Positions 9,638-20,712 of a stretch of 64,000 nt of DNA are shown piece after piece. Origin of the DNA: Candidatus Sericytochromatia bacterium (GTDB lineage Bacteria; Cyanobacteriota; Sericytochromatia; S15B-MN24; UBA4093). The first letter of the stretch is position 1, and each line of letters starts with the position of its first letter. The notes under the pieces were generated by a model, which worked only from the letters and a program-made list of their open reading frames with translations, had not been told where the DNA came from and made no database searches. Where the stretch lies: NCBI GenBank assembly GCA_036676495.1, contig JAKFCT010000082.1:32001-96000 (forward strand). The letters are read 5' to 3'. The position numbers and the translations under genes are program-made.

Positions 9638-9850
9638 CTATGGCGACGTCGAGGGCGATGCCGGGCCGCGAAGCGCCTCGCCGGCCGAGCGAAGATCAGC
9701 CGCACCGTTGGCCTTGGGGGCGATCAGATCGGTGTCGTGGGTGAGCGTCTTGATGCGCTCGGCCTCGTAACGTCGGGCCGGGGTGGACTGAGGCTCGGCC
9801 TTCTGGCAGCCGGCGGTGACGAGCAGCGTCAGGATCAATAGGTTTCGCAT
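9638..9850 (-). CDS. Small putative lipoprotein
   Basis: MRNLLILTLLVTAGC signal peptide with lipobox. Confidence 0.55.
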   Translation of the reverse strand: MRNLLILTLLVTAGCQKAEPQSTPARRYEAERIKTLTHDTDLIAPKANGAADLRSAGEALRGPASPSTSP

Positions 9851-9953
9851 GGCACCATCATACCGAACCTCCGCCGCGGGAGTCGACCGTCCCCCGCCGC
9901 CCGCCGCCGCGGGCAAGTCGCGGGCGAACGGGGGAGGGGTTCGGTGGGAATGA

Positions 9954-10829
9954 TCAGGAGAGCTTGGTGACGAATTCGCGAAGCCGGCCCTTGGAGAGGC
10001 GATCGCCCGCGATCTCGGCGACCTTCGCCTCCCGCTCCTCGGGGGTCAGGCCCGCGAAGGCCATTTCCAGCAGGTCGGTGAGCACCGAGCGCTCGGATTT
10101 GCTGAAGGACGTGGCCTTGAGCGTGTGCTCCTCGAAGACGGCCCAGGTCTCGGGCCAGAGCTTGCGGATGATCTCGGCCAGGGCGTTGGCGTAGACCCGG
10201 ATCTCGTACTGGGCATTGGGAGCCATGCGCAGGTTGAGGAAGTGCATCCAGTTGCGAAGATTCGCCTGGGCGCGGAAGCGCGTGTACTGGCTGAGCGGCA
10301 TGTTGATGCGGGCGACTTCGCGGGCCAGGCCCTGCTCCAGGTACCACTCGTAGTTCTCGCGCACCAGGCGCTGCTCGGCGTTCATCCGCTCCAGCATCTC
10401 CGCGCGCAGCTCGGGGGAGAGCGCGCCCTCGGAGCCCTGCTTGTTGGTCAGGGACTGTGGCTGGAGCCGATCGGACTCGGGCATGTACTGGATGTCCGGC
10501 ATCTCCATGTACCGTCCCGAGGCTTCGTTGTAGCTCTGGGTCCGGTGGCGGTGCCACTCGGAGCGAACGAAGAGCGGGCACTGGACCTCGATCTGCAGGA
10601 CCGCCATCTCGAAGGGAGTGGCATGGGCGTGGCGCCAGAGGTAGTCCCGGGTGGCGGCGTCCTTGGCGGGATCGGCGCCCGTGGGGTTGCCGGTGCTCAT
10701 GCGGGCCGCCTCGAGCGGCGTGAGATCGTCGCCGAGGTGGGCGATGTACTTGATGTAGCCGTGATTGAGCAGGGGGATGGTGTCCGTGAGCGGATCGAGG
10801 TTCGGGGGAATCGCGGTGTCGCGGGTCAT
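9954..10829 (-). CDS. thyX: FAD-dependent thymidylate synthase
   Basis: ThyX signature RHRTQSYNEASGRY, plus HATPFE, REVAR, AQYEIR. Start is 10829 or 10850. Confidence 0.95.
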   Translation of the reverse strand: MTRDTAIPPNLDPLTDTIPLLNHGYIKYIAHLGDDLTPLEAARMSTGNPTGADPAKDAATRDYLWRHAHATPFEMAVLQIEVQCPLFVRSEWHRHRTQSYNEASGRYMEMPDIQYMPESDRLQPQSLTNKQGSEGALSPELRAEMLERMNAEQRLVRENYEWYLEQGLAREVARINMPLSQYTRFRAQANLRNWMHFLNLRMAPNAQYEIRVYANALAEIIRKLWPETWAVFEEHTLKATSFSKSERSVLTDLLEMAFAGLTPEEREAKVAEIAGDRLSKGRLREFVTKLS

Positions 10830-10846
10830 GGCAAGTCCTTTGAATG

Positions 10847-10874
10847 ACAAAGGCGGAACCTTTCGGCTCCGCCT
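10847..10874 (-). terminator. Hairpin terminator after rpmE
   Basis: AGGCGGAGCC-GAAA-GGTTCCGCCT-TTGT on the minus strand. Confidence 0.55.
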
Positions 10875-10892
10875 CGTAGAATTCCTGGCGCT

Positions 10893-11114
10893 TTAAGCCT
10901 TCTTCTGACCCTTGGCGTTCAGGTTGTACTTCTTCATGAAGCGCTCGACGCGGCCTTCCGTGTCGACGATCTTCTGGGTGCCGGTGAAGAAGGGGTGGCA
11001 GGCCGAGCAAATTTCGGTCCGGATTTCCTTCTTGGTCGAACCGGTCTTAAAGGTGTTGCCACAAACGCAGGAGGCGTTCACCTGGTTGTAGACGGGATGG
11101 ATATTGGCTTTCAT
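10893..11114 (-). CDS. rpmE: 50S ribosomal protein L31 (Zn-binding form)
   Basis: MKANIHP...CVCGN...[10 protein letters not shown]...GRVERF; GAGGAG RBS. Confidence 0.97.
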   Translation of the reverse strand: MKANIHPVYNQVNASCVCGNTFKTGSTKKEIRTEICSACHPFFTGTQKIVDTEGRVERFMKKYNLNAKGQKKA

Positions 11115-11187
11115 GAGAGCTCCTCGCGCCGATCCCGGTAGGCATGGGGTTGCCCACCATCGGACCTGTTTAATCAGACGAGGAGAT

Positions 11188-11216
11188 AGCATACTCCATT
11201 AGCGGCCAGGGGTCAA
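11188..11216 (-). promoter_or_regulatory. Sigma70-type promoter of rpmE
   Basis: TTGACC-17 nt-TATGCT on the minus strand. Confidence 0.65.
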
Positions 11217-11474
11217 CGGGCGGCCTCCCGGCGATGATCGGCCGCAAAGGCCCCCAGGGCCAGCCTCTCAGACGTGTCGTGGGGACGTTCGAGGGGCATC
11301 GCCAAGCACCCTGCGAGGCCCGCTTTGGAGGCCGCAACCCGACGGCGCTTGTGCCGCTTTCTCCCATGGTATGATGAGGCTTTAAATCATCAACCCCATC
11401 GCCCGGAAGCCATTCCGGGCATGCGACTGGACGCAGGGAAGACATTTCCCCGGAAGGACTAGGGCGTTATCGAC

Positions 11475-14051
11475 ATGTTGAAGCTACTGGGCAAGGTACT
11501 GGGCGACGCCAACGAGCGCAAGATCAAATCCGTTCGTCCCATTCTGCAGCGCATCAACTCCTTGGAAGAGGAGATGGTGAGGCTCTCTGATGAGGATTTG
11601 CGCGGGAAGACCGCCGAATTCCGCCAGCGCCTCGCCAACGGAGCTCCGCTCGACTCCCTGTTGCCGGAAGCCTTCGCCACCGTGCGCGAGTCGGGCCGGC
11701 GCGTCCTCGGGATGCGTCACTTCGACGTCCAGATGATCGGCGGCATCTACCTCCACCGCGGCAACATTGCCGAGATGCGCACCGGTGAAGGCAAGACCCT
11801 GGTCTCCACCCTGCCCGCCTACCTCAACGCCCTTCCGGGCAAGGGCGTCCACGTCGTCACCGTCAACGACTACCTCGCCAAGCGCGACGCGGAGTGGATG
11901 GGCCAGATCCACCGCTTCCTCGGGCTCGAGGTCGGCCTGATCCAGAACCACCTCTTCCCCCACCAGCGCCGGATCGCCTACGGCGCCGACATCACCTACG
12001 CCACCAACAACGAGCTCGGCTTCGACTTCCTGCGCGACAACATGGCCCAGTCCCTCGAGGACTGCGTGCAGCGCGGCCTCCACTACGCGATCGTCGACGA
12101 GGTCGACTCGATCCTGGTGGACGAAGCCCGGACCCCCCTCATCATCTCGGGGCAGATCGAGCAGGACATCTCGCTCTATTCGAAGATCGCCCAGATCGTG
12201 ACCCGCCTGCAGCGCGAGGCCCATTACACCCTCGACGAGAAGGCCAAGAACGTCATCATGTCCGAGGACGGCATCACCGAGGCTGAGAAGCTGCTCGGCG
12301 TGCGGGACCTCTACGATGCCGCTAACCCCGAACTGGCTCACCACGTGACCCAGGCCCTGCGCGCCAAGGAAATCTACCTGCGCGACCGGGAGTACGTGGT
12401 CCGCCAGAACCCCGAGAACGGCGACATGGAAGTCGTGATCGTCGACGAGTTCACCGGCCGCCTCATGGTGGGACGTCGCTACTCGGACGGCCTCCACCAG
12501 GCCATCGAGGCCAAGGAGGGCGTGCCCATCCAGAACGAGACCCAGACGCTCGCGACCGTCACCTTCCAGAACTACTTCCGCATGTACGACAAGCTCGCCG
12601 GCATGACGGGGACCGCGGCCACCGAGGAAGCGGAGTTCGGCAAGATCTACAACCTCGAAGTCACGGTCATCCCCACCAACAAGCCAGTCCAGCGCAAGGA
12701 CCTCTCCGACGTGGTCTACAAGTCCGTCAAGGCCAAGTTCAATGCGGTGGCCGACGACATCCAGGAAGCCTACAAGCAGGGCCGTCCGGTCCTGGTGGGC
12801 ACCGTCTCGATCGAGAAGTCCGAGTTCCTCTCGGAGATTCTCAAGCAGCGCGGCGTCCCCCACTCGGTCCTCAACGCCAAGTACCACGAGCAAGAAGCCA
12901 AGATCGTCGCGCAGGCAGGACGTCTGGGAGCGATCACCATCGCCACCAACATGGCCGGCCGCGGGACCGACATCATCCTCGGCGGCAACCCGCAGGGGCT
13001 CGCCATGGACATGCTCCTCGACAAGGGCATCAACCCCGCGGAGGCCCCCGAAGCCGAGCTTCAGGCGGCCATCGAGGAAGCCACCCGGATCTGCGCCGAG
13101 GAGAAGCGGAAGGTCCTGGAGATGGGCGGCCTTCACATCATCGCCACCGAGCGCCATGAGAGCCGCCGCATCGACAACCAGCTGCGCGGCCGCGCCGGCC
13201 GTCAGGGCGACCCCGGCACCACCCGCTTCTACCTCTCGCTCGAGGACGACCTCATGCGCCTCTTCGGCGGCGATCGCATCTCCAAGCTCATGGATCGCAT
13301 GAACGTTCCCGAGGAGGAGGCCATCGAGTCCGGTCTCGTCACCAAGGCCATCGAGGGAGCCCAGCGGAAGGTCGAGGTCTACCACTTCAACATCCGTAAG
13401 CAGGTCCTCGAGTACGACAACGTCATGAACAAGCAGCGCGAGATCATCTACGCCGAGCGCCGCAAGGTGCTCGAGGGCGCCGACATGCAGGCCAACGTCC
13501 AGCAGATGATCAAGCGGGTCATGGAAGACCTGGTCGACCAGTACGCCAACTCCAACGTCAGCCGCGACGAGTGGGACTTCCACGGCCTCCACGCCTCGGC
13601 GGCGGATTACGCCCCGCTGCTGGGCCAGATCAGCGTCAAGGAGTTCGAGGACTGCCCGTCGCCCGAGGCGCTCAAGTCCTTCATGGTCGAGCAGGCGCTC
13701 GATGCCTACCAGGCCAAGGAAGCGACCATGGGCGCGGAGATGATGCGCCAGATCGAGCGCTACCTGATGCTGCGGATCATCGACTCCAAGTGGATCGAGC
13801 ACCTCCACGACATCGACGCCCTGCGCGACGGTATCGGGCTGCGGGCCTACGGCCAGAAGGATCCCCTGCGCGAGTACCAGCGCGAGGCCTATGACCTCTT
13901 CCAGGACCTCTTGAAGGCCATCCAGCATGACCTGATCAAGCAGGCCTTCCACATCCAGGTGGTCTACGACGTGCCCCCCATGGCGCCGCCGATGATCCAC
14001 AACATGGCCGCGTTCGGCCCCGAGGGAATCGACGAACAGGGCAACGCCTAA
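11475..14051 (+). CDS. secA: Preprotein translocase ATPase SecA
   Basis: [58 protein letters not shown]. No C-terminal SEC-C motif. Confidence 0.98.
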   Translation: MLKLLGKVLGDANERKIKSVRPILQRINSLEEEMVRLSDEDLRGKTAEFRQRLANGAPLDSLLPEAFATVRESGRRVLGMRHFDVQMIGGIYLHRGNIAEMRTGEGKTLVSTLPAYLNALPGKGVHVVTVNDYLAKRDAEWMGQIHRFLGLEVGLIQNHLFPHQRRIAYGADITYATNNELGFDFLRDNMAQSLEDCVQRGLHYAIVDEVDSILVDEARTPLIISGQIEQDISLYSKIAQIVTRLQREAHYTLDEKAKNVIMSEDGITEAEKLLGVRDLYDAANPELAHHVTQALRAKEIYLRDREYVVRQNPENGDMEVVIVDEFTGRLMVGRRYSDGLHQAIEAKEGVPIQNETQTLATVTFQNYFRMYDKLAGMTGTAATEEAEFGKIYNLEVTVIPTNKPVQRKDLSDVVYKSVKAKFNAVADDIQEAYKQGRPVLVGTVSIEKSEFLSEILKQRGVPHSVLNAKYHEQEAKIVAQAGRLGAITIATNMAGRGTDIILGGNPQGLAMDMLLDKGINPAEAPEAELQAAIEEATRICAEEKRKVLEMGGLHIIATERHESRRIDNQLRGRAGRQGDPGTTRFYLSLEDDLMRLFGGDRISKLMDRMNVPEEEAIESGLVTKAIEGAQRKVEVYHFNIRKQVLEYDNVMNKQREIIYAERRKVLEGADMQANVQQMIKRVMEDLVDQYANSNVSRDEWDFHGLHASAADYAPLLGQISVKEFEDCPSPEALKSFMVEQALDAYQAKEATMGAEMMRQIERYLMLRIIDSKWIEHLHDIDALRDGIGLRAYGQKDPLREYQREAYDLFQDLLKAIQHDLIKQAFHIQVVYDVPPMAPPMIHNMAAFGPEGIDEQGNA

Positions 14052-14060
14052 CCCATCCGC

Positions 14061-14097
14061 TGAAAGACCCGTGGCGACCCGCCGCGGGTCTTTCAAA
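14061..14097 (+). terminator. Hairpin terminator after secA
   Basis: TGAAAGACCCGTGGCG / CGCCGCGGGTCTTTCA inverted repeat. Confidence 0.65.
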
Positions 14098-14183
14098 TCG
14101 TCCCCTTTTTCGGTAGAGTAAGTCTGTTCGCCCGCCTTTGAGCGCTTCTGTGGCGTTGCGGGCCGTCTATGAGGGAGTTTTTC

Positions 14184-15315
<1,132 letters not shown>

Positions 15316-15319
15316 CAAC

Positions 15320-16339
15320 ATGATCAATGCCACTACCCTTTCCCAGATCCTCCATGGGTTCGAGAAGACCCGCGTTCTGGTGCTCGGCGACCTGATCGCC
15401 GACGAGTTCCTCAACGGCGAGGTCACCCGGATTTCCCGCGAGGCTCCGGTGCTCATCCTGCGCCACCGGGCCACGGACGTGGTTCCCGGGGGAGCGGCCA
15501 ACGCCGCCGCCAACATGGCGAGCCTCGGCGGGCGGGTCGAAGTCGTGGGCGTCTTCGGGGAGGACACGTCGGGGGAGACCCTGGCCCAATCCCTGCTGGA
15601 GCGCGGCATCGACACCTCCGGCGTGGTGATCGACCCCGACCGGCCGACCACCACCAAGACCCGCATCTCGGCCTCGTCCCAGCAATCGGTCACCCAGCAG
15701 ATCGTGCGCGTGGACCGCGAGTCGCATGACCCGCTGTCGCCGGAGCTCGAGGACGCGGTGATCGCGGTGCTGGAGGAGCGGATTCCCGAGATCGACGGCC
15801 TGCTGATCTCGGACTACGGCAACGGCGTCCTGACCCCGCGGATCATCGCGGCGGCGCTCGAGCTGGCTCGCCGGCACGGCAAGCTGGTGACGGTGGACGC
15901 GCAGGGCGACCTCTCGGTCTTCAAGGGCGTGGCGGCGTTGACCCCCAACCAACCCGAGGCCGAGGGCGTGGTGGGCTTCCCCATCATCGACCAGGATTCG
16001 CTCAAGCGCGCCGGCAAGCGCCTCCTGGAGCTGACCGAGGCCCAGTCCGTGCTCATCACCCGCGGGGGCAACGGCATCGCGGTCTTCGAGGCTTCCGGGG
16101 AGATCACCCAGATCCCGGCCTTCAACCGGACGGAGGTCTTCGACGTGACCGGTGCGGGCGATACCGTGGTCGGCACCTTGACCCTGGCCTTGGCCGGCGG
16201 AGCGTCGTACGTGGAAGCCACCATCCTGGCCAACCTGGCGGCGTCCATCGTGGTCCGCCGCTTCGGGACCTCCACGACGACCGTCGAGGAGATGGAGCGG
16301 ACCTTCGCGACCATGCCCGAGGAGGTTTTCTTAAGATGA
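15320..16339 (+). CDS. rfaE1: Heptose-7-phosphate kinase (HldE domain I, PfkB family)
   Basis: VLGDLIAD, RISREAPV, PGGAANAAAN, SDYGNG, TPNQPE, DVTGAGDT. Confidence 0.9.
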   Translation: MINATTLSQILHGFEKTRVLVLGDLIADEFLNGEVTRISREAPVLILRHRATDVVPGGAANAAANMASLGGRVEVVGVFGEDTSGETLAQSLLERGIDTSGVVIDPDRPTTTKTRISASSQQSVTQQIVRVDRESHDPLSPELEDAVIAVLEERIPEIDGLLISDYGNGVLTPRIIAAALELARRHGKLVTVDAQGDLSVFKGVAALTPNQPEAEGVVGFPIIDQDSLKRAGKRLLELTEAQSVLITRGGNGIAVFEASGEITQIPAFNRTEVFDVTGAGDTVVGTLTLALAGGASYVEATILANLAASIVVRRFGTSTTTVEEMERTFATMPEEVFLR

Positions 16340-16812
16340 GCGCCAAGATTCTGACCCGCTCCGAGATGGAGCGCCTCGCCGAGACCTGGGCCCAGGACGG
16401 CTCGACGACGGTTTTCACGAACGGGTGCTTCGATCTGCTGCACGTGGGCCATACCCGTTACCTGCAGGCGGCGCGGGCGCTGGGCGATCGCCTCGTGCTC
16501 GGCCTCAACTCGGATGCCTCGGTTCAGGGCCTCAAGGGCCCCAGCCGCCCCATCCTGCCTCAGGACGAGCGCGCCGAGCTATTGGCCGCCCTGGAATGCG
16601 TCGATTACGTTCTGATCTTCGACGAGCCCACGGCGGATGAAGCCATCAAGGCGGTCCGTCCCTCGCTCTACGTGAAGGGCGGCGATTACGAGCCCGACAG
16701 CATCCCGGAGACCCCGCTCGTGCGCGCGCTGGGGGGCGAAGTCAAGGTCCTGCCCTTCGTCGAAGGCCGCTCCACCACCAGCCTGGTCGCACGGATCCAG
16801 TCACTCGGGTAG
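16336..16812 (+). CDS. rfaE2: Heptose-1-phosphate adenylyltransferase (HldE domain II)
   Basis: FTNGCFDLLHVGH, GLNSDASV, KGGDY, STT; ATGA-type overlap with the kinase gene. Confidence 0.93.
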   Translation: MSAKILTRSEMERLAETWAQDGSTTVFTNGCFDLLHVGHTRYLQAARALGDRLVLGLNSDASVQGLKGPSRPILPQDERAELLAALECVDYVLIFDEPTADEAIKAVRPSLYVKGGDYEPDSIPETPLVRALGGEVKVLPFVEGRSTTSLVARIQSLG

Positions 16813-16836
16813 CCTCCCTGGGCTGCAGCCGTCCAC

Positions 16837-16862
16837 TGGATTCCTGCTTGCGCGGGAATGAC
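16837..16862 (-). repeat. GTCATTCCCGCG-type palindromic repeat
   Basis: Reverse complement is GTCATTCCCGCGCAAGCAGGAATCCA; the first 16 nt are identical to 57971-57986. Confidence 0.7.
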
Positions 16863-16895
16863 AGGGTATCTGTGGGGCAGCTCTTTCTGCGGTTT

Positions 16896-16919
16896 GTGGG
16901 GCGGGCCTCCGCGCCCGCC
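16896..16919 (+). repeat. GTGG-headed REP-like palindrome
   Basis: GTGGGGCGGGCCTCCGCGCCCGCC; differs by one base from 37255-37278. Confidence 0.7.
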
Positions 16920-17045
16920 AAGGCTTCCATGCTCGCCAGGGCTTCCATGCTCTTGCCAAGGGGCCCGATTCTCGTCAAAATCAATAGGTTTCCCCGTCAG
17001 AGGCCCATGCCCCCGGGGAAAGCGACTTAGGAAGTCCAGAGGAGA

Positions 17046-17567
17046 GTGTCCAAGGTGATCGACGCGCAAGGTAAGCTGTTCGGACGGGTCAACGTCCTCG
17101 ACCTGCTTCTATTGGTAGTGGTTTTCGTTTCCGCCCTCGGCGTGGTCCTGGCCCGCACCGGAAACGCCGGAGTCAATCAGGTCCTCAAGGGCGAGGGAAC
17201 GGCCGAGGTCGACCTCTTCTTCCGCGGCTCCATCTCCGATCCGAGCATGTTCAAGGTCGGGGATTCGACCTTCATCACCATTCGCAACCAGCCTCACGCC
17301 TCCCTGAAGATCGTGGGCGTCAAGGTCACCCCCAAGATGATCACCATGCCGGCTCCCGGGGGCGTGAAGGCCTACCCCGATCCCTCCGAGCCCTTCGGCA
17401 AGGACGTGGTCCTGACCGTTCGGGAGAAGGCGCAGTTCACCGAGGACGCCGTCATCATGGGTGGCCAGAAGATCAAGGTCGGCGTGCCGATCGAGGTCGA
17501 AGGCTTCAAGTACCGCCTGCGGGGCTCCATCGTGGACGTCCGCGTCGTCTCGCAGCCCAAGCTCTAA
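17046..17567 (+). CDS. DUF4330-like membrane-anchored protein
   Basis: IDAQGKLFGRVNVLD followed by a TM helix, IRNQP, GGQKIKVG; recognised from cyanobacterial DUF4330 proteins. Confidence 0.75.
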   Translation: MSKVIDAQGKLFGRVNVLDLLLLVVVFVSALGVVLARTGNAGVNQVLKGEGTAEVDLFFRGSISDPSMFKVGDSTFITIRNQPHASLKIVGVKVTPKMITMPAPGGVKAYPDPSEPFGKDVVLTVREKAQFTEDAVIMGGQKIKVGVPIEVEGFKYRLRGSIVDVRVVSQPKL

Positions 17568-19031
17568 ATGGCGACCCACCCCGAACGCTATCCCCTGGGG
17601 GGGGCGCCCGCGGCACCGGCCGAGCACGCCCCCGCATGGCTCGTCTCGACCATGGCGGCCCTGGGCTTGATGACGTGCGAGGGCGCGTGGTCCGAAACTC
17701 TCCGCACCTCGCTTCCGGTCCGGGCCCTGCGGGCCTCCCGGGCGGGCCTCGATCGCTTCCTGCAACCCCTCATGGCCTCTTCTCTGGCCGCCCGCCTCGC
17801 CCCGGCCTTCGCCGTCCTGAGCGTCGCGCTCCTCCTTCTGGCCTCGCCCTACGTCGGCACCGGCCTGAATGCGCTCCTGGTCCTCGTCGCCTTCGCGGCC
17901 TTCGCCTTCAAGGCGGTGACCCACCCGCCCCACGACCGGGACCATACCGCCCTCGACCTTCCCTTCCTGGCCATGGTCGCCCTCACGCTCGTCGCGGCGG
18001 CCTTCTCGCCTTACCTGATCTTGAGCCTCAAGGGGCTCGCCAAGCTCGTCGTCTTCTGGATGGCCTTCTACGCCTTCCGGGGTGTGCTGGCGCGCAAGGA
18101 AGCCTGGGTCCCGGTGCTGGCCGCCCTGCTCGTGGCGGCCCTGGCGCAGTCGCTCTACGGGGTCTACCAGTGGACGATCGACGTGCCTCCCCTGGCCCTC
18201 TGGGATGATGCCGAGTCCGAGATCCAGCTGACGCGGGTTTACGGCACCCTCTTGAACCCCAACCTGCTCGGCGGATACCTGGTTCCGATCCTGCCCCTCG
18301 CGGCGGCCGGAGTCGTGGCCTTCCGCCACTGGGCCCTGAGGGGCCTCGGGCTGCTCACCCTGCTCGCGGGGAGCGCGTGCCTGTACTTCACCTATTCGCG
18401 CGGCGCCTGGCTGGCTTACGCCGCCGAGCTCGGCGTCCTCGCCGTCGCCGCCCTGGCCTGGGCATGGCCCCTCATCAAGCGGGACTGGCGCCTCAAGCTG
18501 GCCCTCGGGATCGTCGCGGCCATCGCTCTGGGGGCCGGTATCTACCTCTTCATGGACTCGCCCGTCCTGCAGCAGCGGGTGGCGAGCATGTTCGCCACCC
18601 GGGACCACTCGTCCAACTCCTTCCGGATGAACGTCTGGCTCGGCGTGATCGCCATGATCCAGGATTCCTGGTGGGCCGGGGTCGGCATCGGGAACGAGAC
18701 CTTCCAGAAGGTCTACGGCCTCTACATGATTTCCGGCTTCGAGGCCCTGGGCGCCTATAACATCTTCCTGGAGGTCGCCGTCGAGACCGGAGTCTTCGGC
18801 CTTCTGGCTTTCCTCTGGGTCGTGCTGGCTGCCGTCGCGCGCAGCACCTTCCATGCCCTGCGGGGAGAGGCCCGTCCATGGGCCGTGGCGGCGATCGCCG
18901 GTCTCCTGGGCTTGATGGTCCACGGCCTCGTCGATACCGTCTTTTATCGCCCCAGCGTCCAGATTCTCTTCTGGCTCTTGCTGGCCATGATTATCCGGCT
19001 GCCGGTGGCAGCTCAGGGAGAACGCGCATGA
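17568..19031 (+). CDS. ictB: IctB-like / O-antigen ligase (Wzy_C) membrane protein
   Basis: Multiple TM helices; RVYGTLLNPNLLGGYL, TYSRGAW, SSNSFRMNVW, GVGIGN, AYNIFLE, DTVFYRP. Confidence 0.85.
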   Translation: MATHPERYPLGGAPAAPAEHAPAWLVSTMAALGLMTCEGAWSETLRTSLPVRALRASRAGLDRFLQPLMASSLAARLAPAFAVLSVALLLLASPYVGTGLNALLVLVAFAAFAFKAVTHPPHDRDHTALDLPFLAMVALTLVAAAFSPYLILSLKGLAKLVVFWMAFYAFRGVLARKEAWVPVLAALLVAALAQSLYGVYQWTIDVPPLALWDDAESEIQLTRVYGTLLNPNLLGGYLVPILPLAAAGVVAFRHWALRGLGLLTLLAGSACLYFTYSRGAWLAYAAELGVLAVAALAWAWPLIKRDWRLKLALGIVAAIALGAGIYLFMDSPVLQQRVASMFATRDHSSNSFRMNVWLGVIAMIQDSWWAGVGIGNETFQKVYGLYMISGFEALGAYNIFLEVAVETGVFGLLAFLWVVLAAVARSTFHALRGEARPWAVAAIAGLLGLMVHGLVDTVFYRPSVQILFWLLLAMIIRLPVAAQGERA

Positions 19032-20176
19032 TCCCCACCGACTCCTCGATCCAGCGGATCCTCGCCATCAACTTCGGCGGGATCGGCGACGAGATCCTGT
19101 TCTTCCCCGTGATCCAGGGCCTCCGCGAGACCTACCCCAATTCCCGGATCACCATGCTGGTGGAGCCCCGCTGTGCGGGCATCGGAGCCTTCAACCCGGC
19201 CATCGACGAGGTGCTCACCTTCGACATCAAGGCCAAGCCCGGCCCCGCCGAGCTGATGGCCCTGGTCGGCGAGCTGCGCAAGCGCAAGTTCGACCTTGCC
19301 ATCTCGTCCGGCGGCTCAGCCCTGGTGCCGGTCCTCCTCTGGCTCACGGGGGCGCGCTACCGCGCCGGCTACGGCGCGAGCAAGACCGCTCGCCTGCTCA
19401 CCTACAAGGCCCCGCTCAACAAGCAGCAGTACGCCGCGGACATGTACTACGACCTGATCCGGGAGTGGGTGCCCAGCCCGGAGCGGCTGCCGCAGGTGGC
19501 GATCGCCCCGGCGGACCGCCTCTGGGCCAAGGAGTTCATGGCCGCCCAGGGCGTGCAGCCCGGTGAATCCGTCGTCATGCTCCATCCCGGCTGCAGCCGC
19601 CTCAGCGTGATCAAGGGCTTCATCAAGAGCTGGGAACCCTCGAAATGGGCCGAGCTCGCCCGCCGGCTCGACGCCGAGGGCGTCCGCGTCCTGATCGCCG
19701 GCGGCCCCGACGACGAGGAGACCCTCGCCGCCATTCGCGCCGAGCTGGCCAACCGGCCCAGCGCCGGCGGCTCACCGATTAGCGCCGGCGGCTCACCGAT
19801 TAGCGCCGGCGGCTCACCGATTATTGATGCCTACGGCCAGACCAAGGGTCTGGGGCAACTGGCGGCCTTGATCGAGCAAGCAAGCGTCCTGGTCGCCGTT
19901 GATTCGGCTCCCATGCACCTGGGCATTGCCGTGGGTCGCCCGACCGTGGCGATCTTCGGGCCGACCGATCCCAAGAAGCTGCTTCCCGAGGGCACCATTC
20001 ACCAGGCCGTCCACGTCTCGGGCCTCGAGTGCCGGCCTTGCCTCTGGGATCGTCGCCAGACCACCTGCGAGGCGCTCACGTGCCTTAAGGATCTCTCGGT
20101 GGACATGGTCGACCAGGCCGTCCACCGGGTGCTTCCCGCCAAGCGTCCGGGACCCGTCGACTCGAACACCCACTAG
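19028..20176 (+). CDS. Glycosyltransferase family 9 (heptosyltransferase-like)
   Basis: GGIGDEILFFP, HPG, KSW, DSAPMHL, AIFGPT, C-R-P-C; ATGA overlap with the upstream gene. Confidence 0.9.
   Translation: MIPTDSSIQRILAINFGGIGDEILFFPVIQGLRETYPNSRITMLVEPRCAGIGAFNPAIDEVLTFDIKAKPGPAELMALVGELRKRKFDLAISSGGSALVPVLLWLTGARYRAGYGASKTARLLTYKAPLNKQQYAADMYYDLIREWVPSPERLPQVAIAPADRLWAKEFMAAQGVQPGESVVMLHPGCSRLSVIKGFIKSWEPSKWAELARRLDAEGVRVLIAGGPDDEETLAAIRAELANRPSAGGSPISAGGSPISAGGSPIIDAYGQTKGLGQLAALIEQASVLVAVDSAPMHLGIAVGRPTVAIFGPTDPKKLLPEGTIHQAVHVSGLECRPCLWDRRQTTCEALTCLKDLSVDMVDQAVHRVLPAKRPGPVDSNTH
19760..19822 (+). repeat. In-frame 21-bp tandem repeat x3 (SAGGSPI)
   Basis: AGCGCCGGCGGCTCACCGATT repeated three times without mismatch. 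Confidence 0.95.
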
Positions 20177-20214
20177 CCATCCTCATTCTCTAGAACTAGC
20201 CAGGAGCCAACCCC

Positions 20215-20712
20215 ATGTCCGACAAGTCCGACGAAATCCAGGTGGCCGTCGCGAAGATCCCGACCCTGCTCGCGACCGAAGAGGCCCAAGCGGCCTTCGG
20301 GCCCGGCGAGCGCGAAGGGGCCGCGTGGCTCCATGGTGCGAACGCCCTGGCCGACCAGGCCGACGAGTCCGTCGACGAGATCCAGGCCAGCTTCGAGGTG
20401 CCCCTGACCGAGAACGAGAGCGATTTCGCCCTCTTCGATCAGCTGGCGGAAGGCTGGAATGACCAGCCGCCCAGCGAAGAAGAGCTGGCGACGATCTCCC
20501 TGGGCTGGGGAGCCTACCTCGGCGAGGTGATCCGCAACGTGCTCGGAGGCAAATGGGTCCTGCGGGCCGATTCCGAGCACGCCAGTCTCTACTTCGAGCG
20601 ACTGGGCGTCGAGTTCTTCCCCGTCCACGCCGTCATCCGGCGCTTCATGCTCGGTATCGACGCCTCCCTCGAGGCGGAGTACGAGCGCCTGGTCGAAACC
20701 CTCACGCAATAA
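20215..20712 (+). CDS. Acidic hypothetical protein (LGAYLGE..GG.W motif, DUF3806-like)
   Basis: AGGAG RBS, GC3-biased codons; family call is tentative. Confidence 0.7.
   Translation: MSDKSDEIQVAVAKIPTLLATEEAQAAFGPGEREGAAWLHGANALADQADESVDEIQASFEVPLTENESDFALFDQLAEGWNDQPPSEEELATISLGWGAYLGEVIRNVLGGKWVLRADSEHASLYFERLGVEFFPVHAVIRRFMLGIDASLEAEYERLVETLTQ

Noticed and set aside
17568-19031. IctB as evidence of a carbon-concentrating mechanism or photosynthesis
   Set aside because: Motifs and gene context point to the O-antigen ligase family, and no CCM genes are present.
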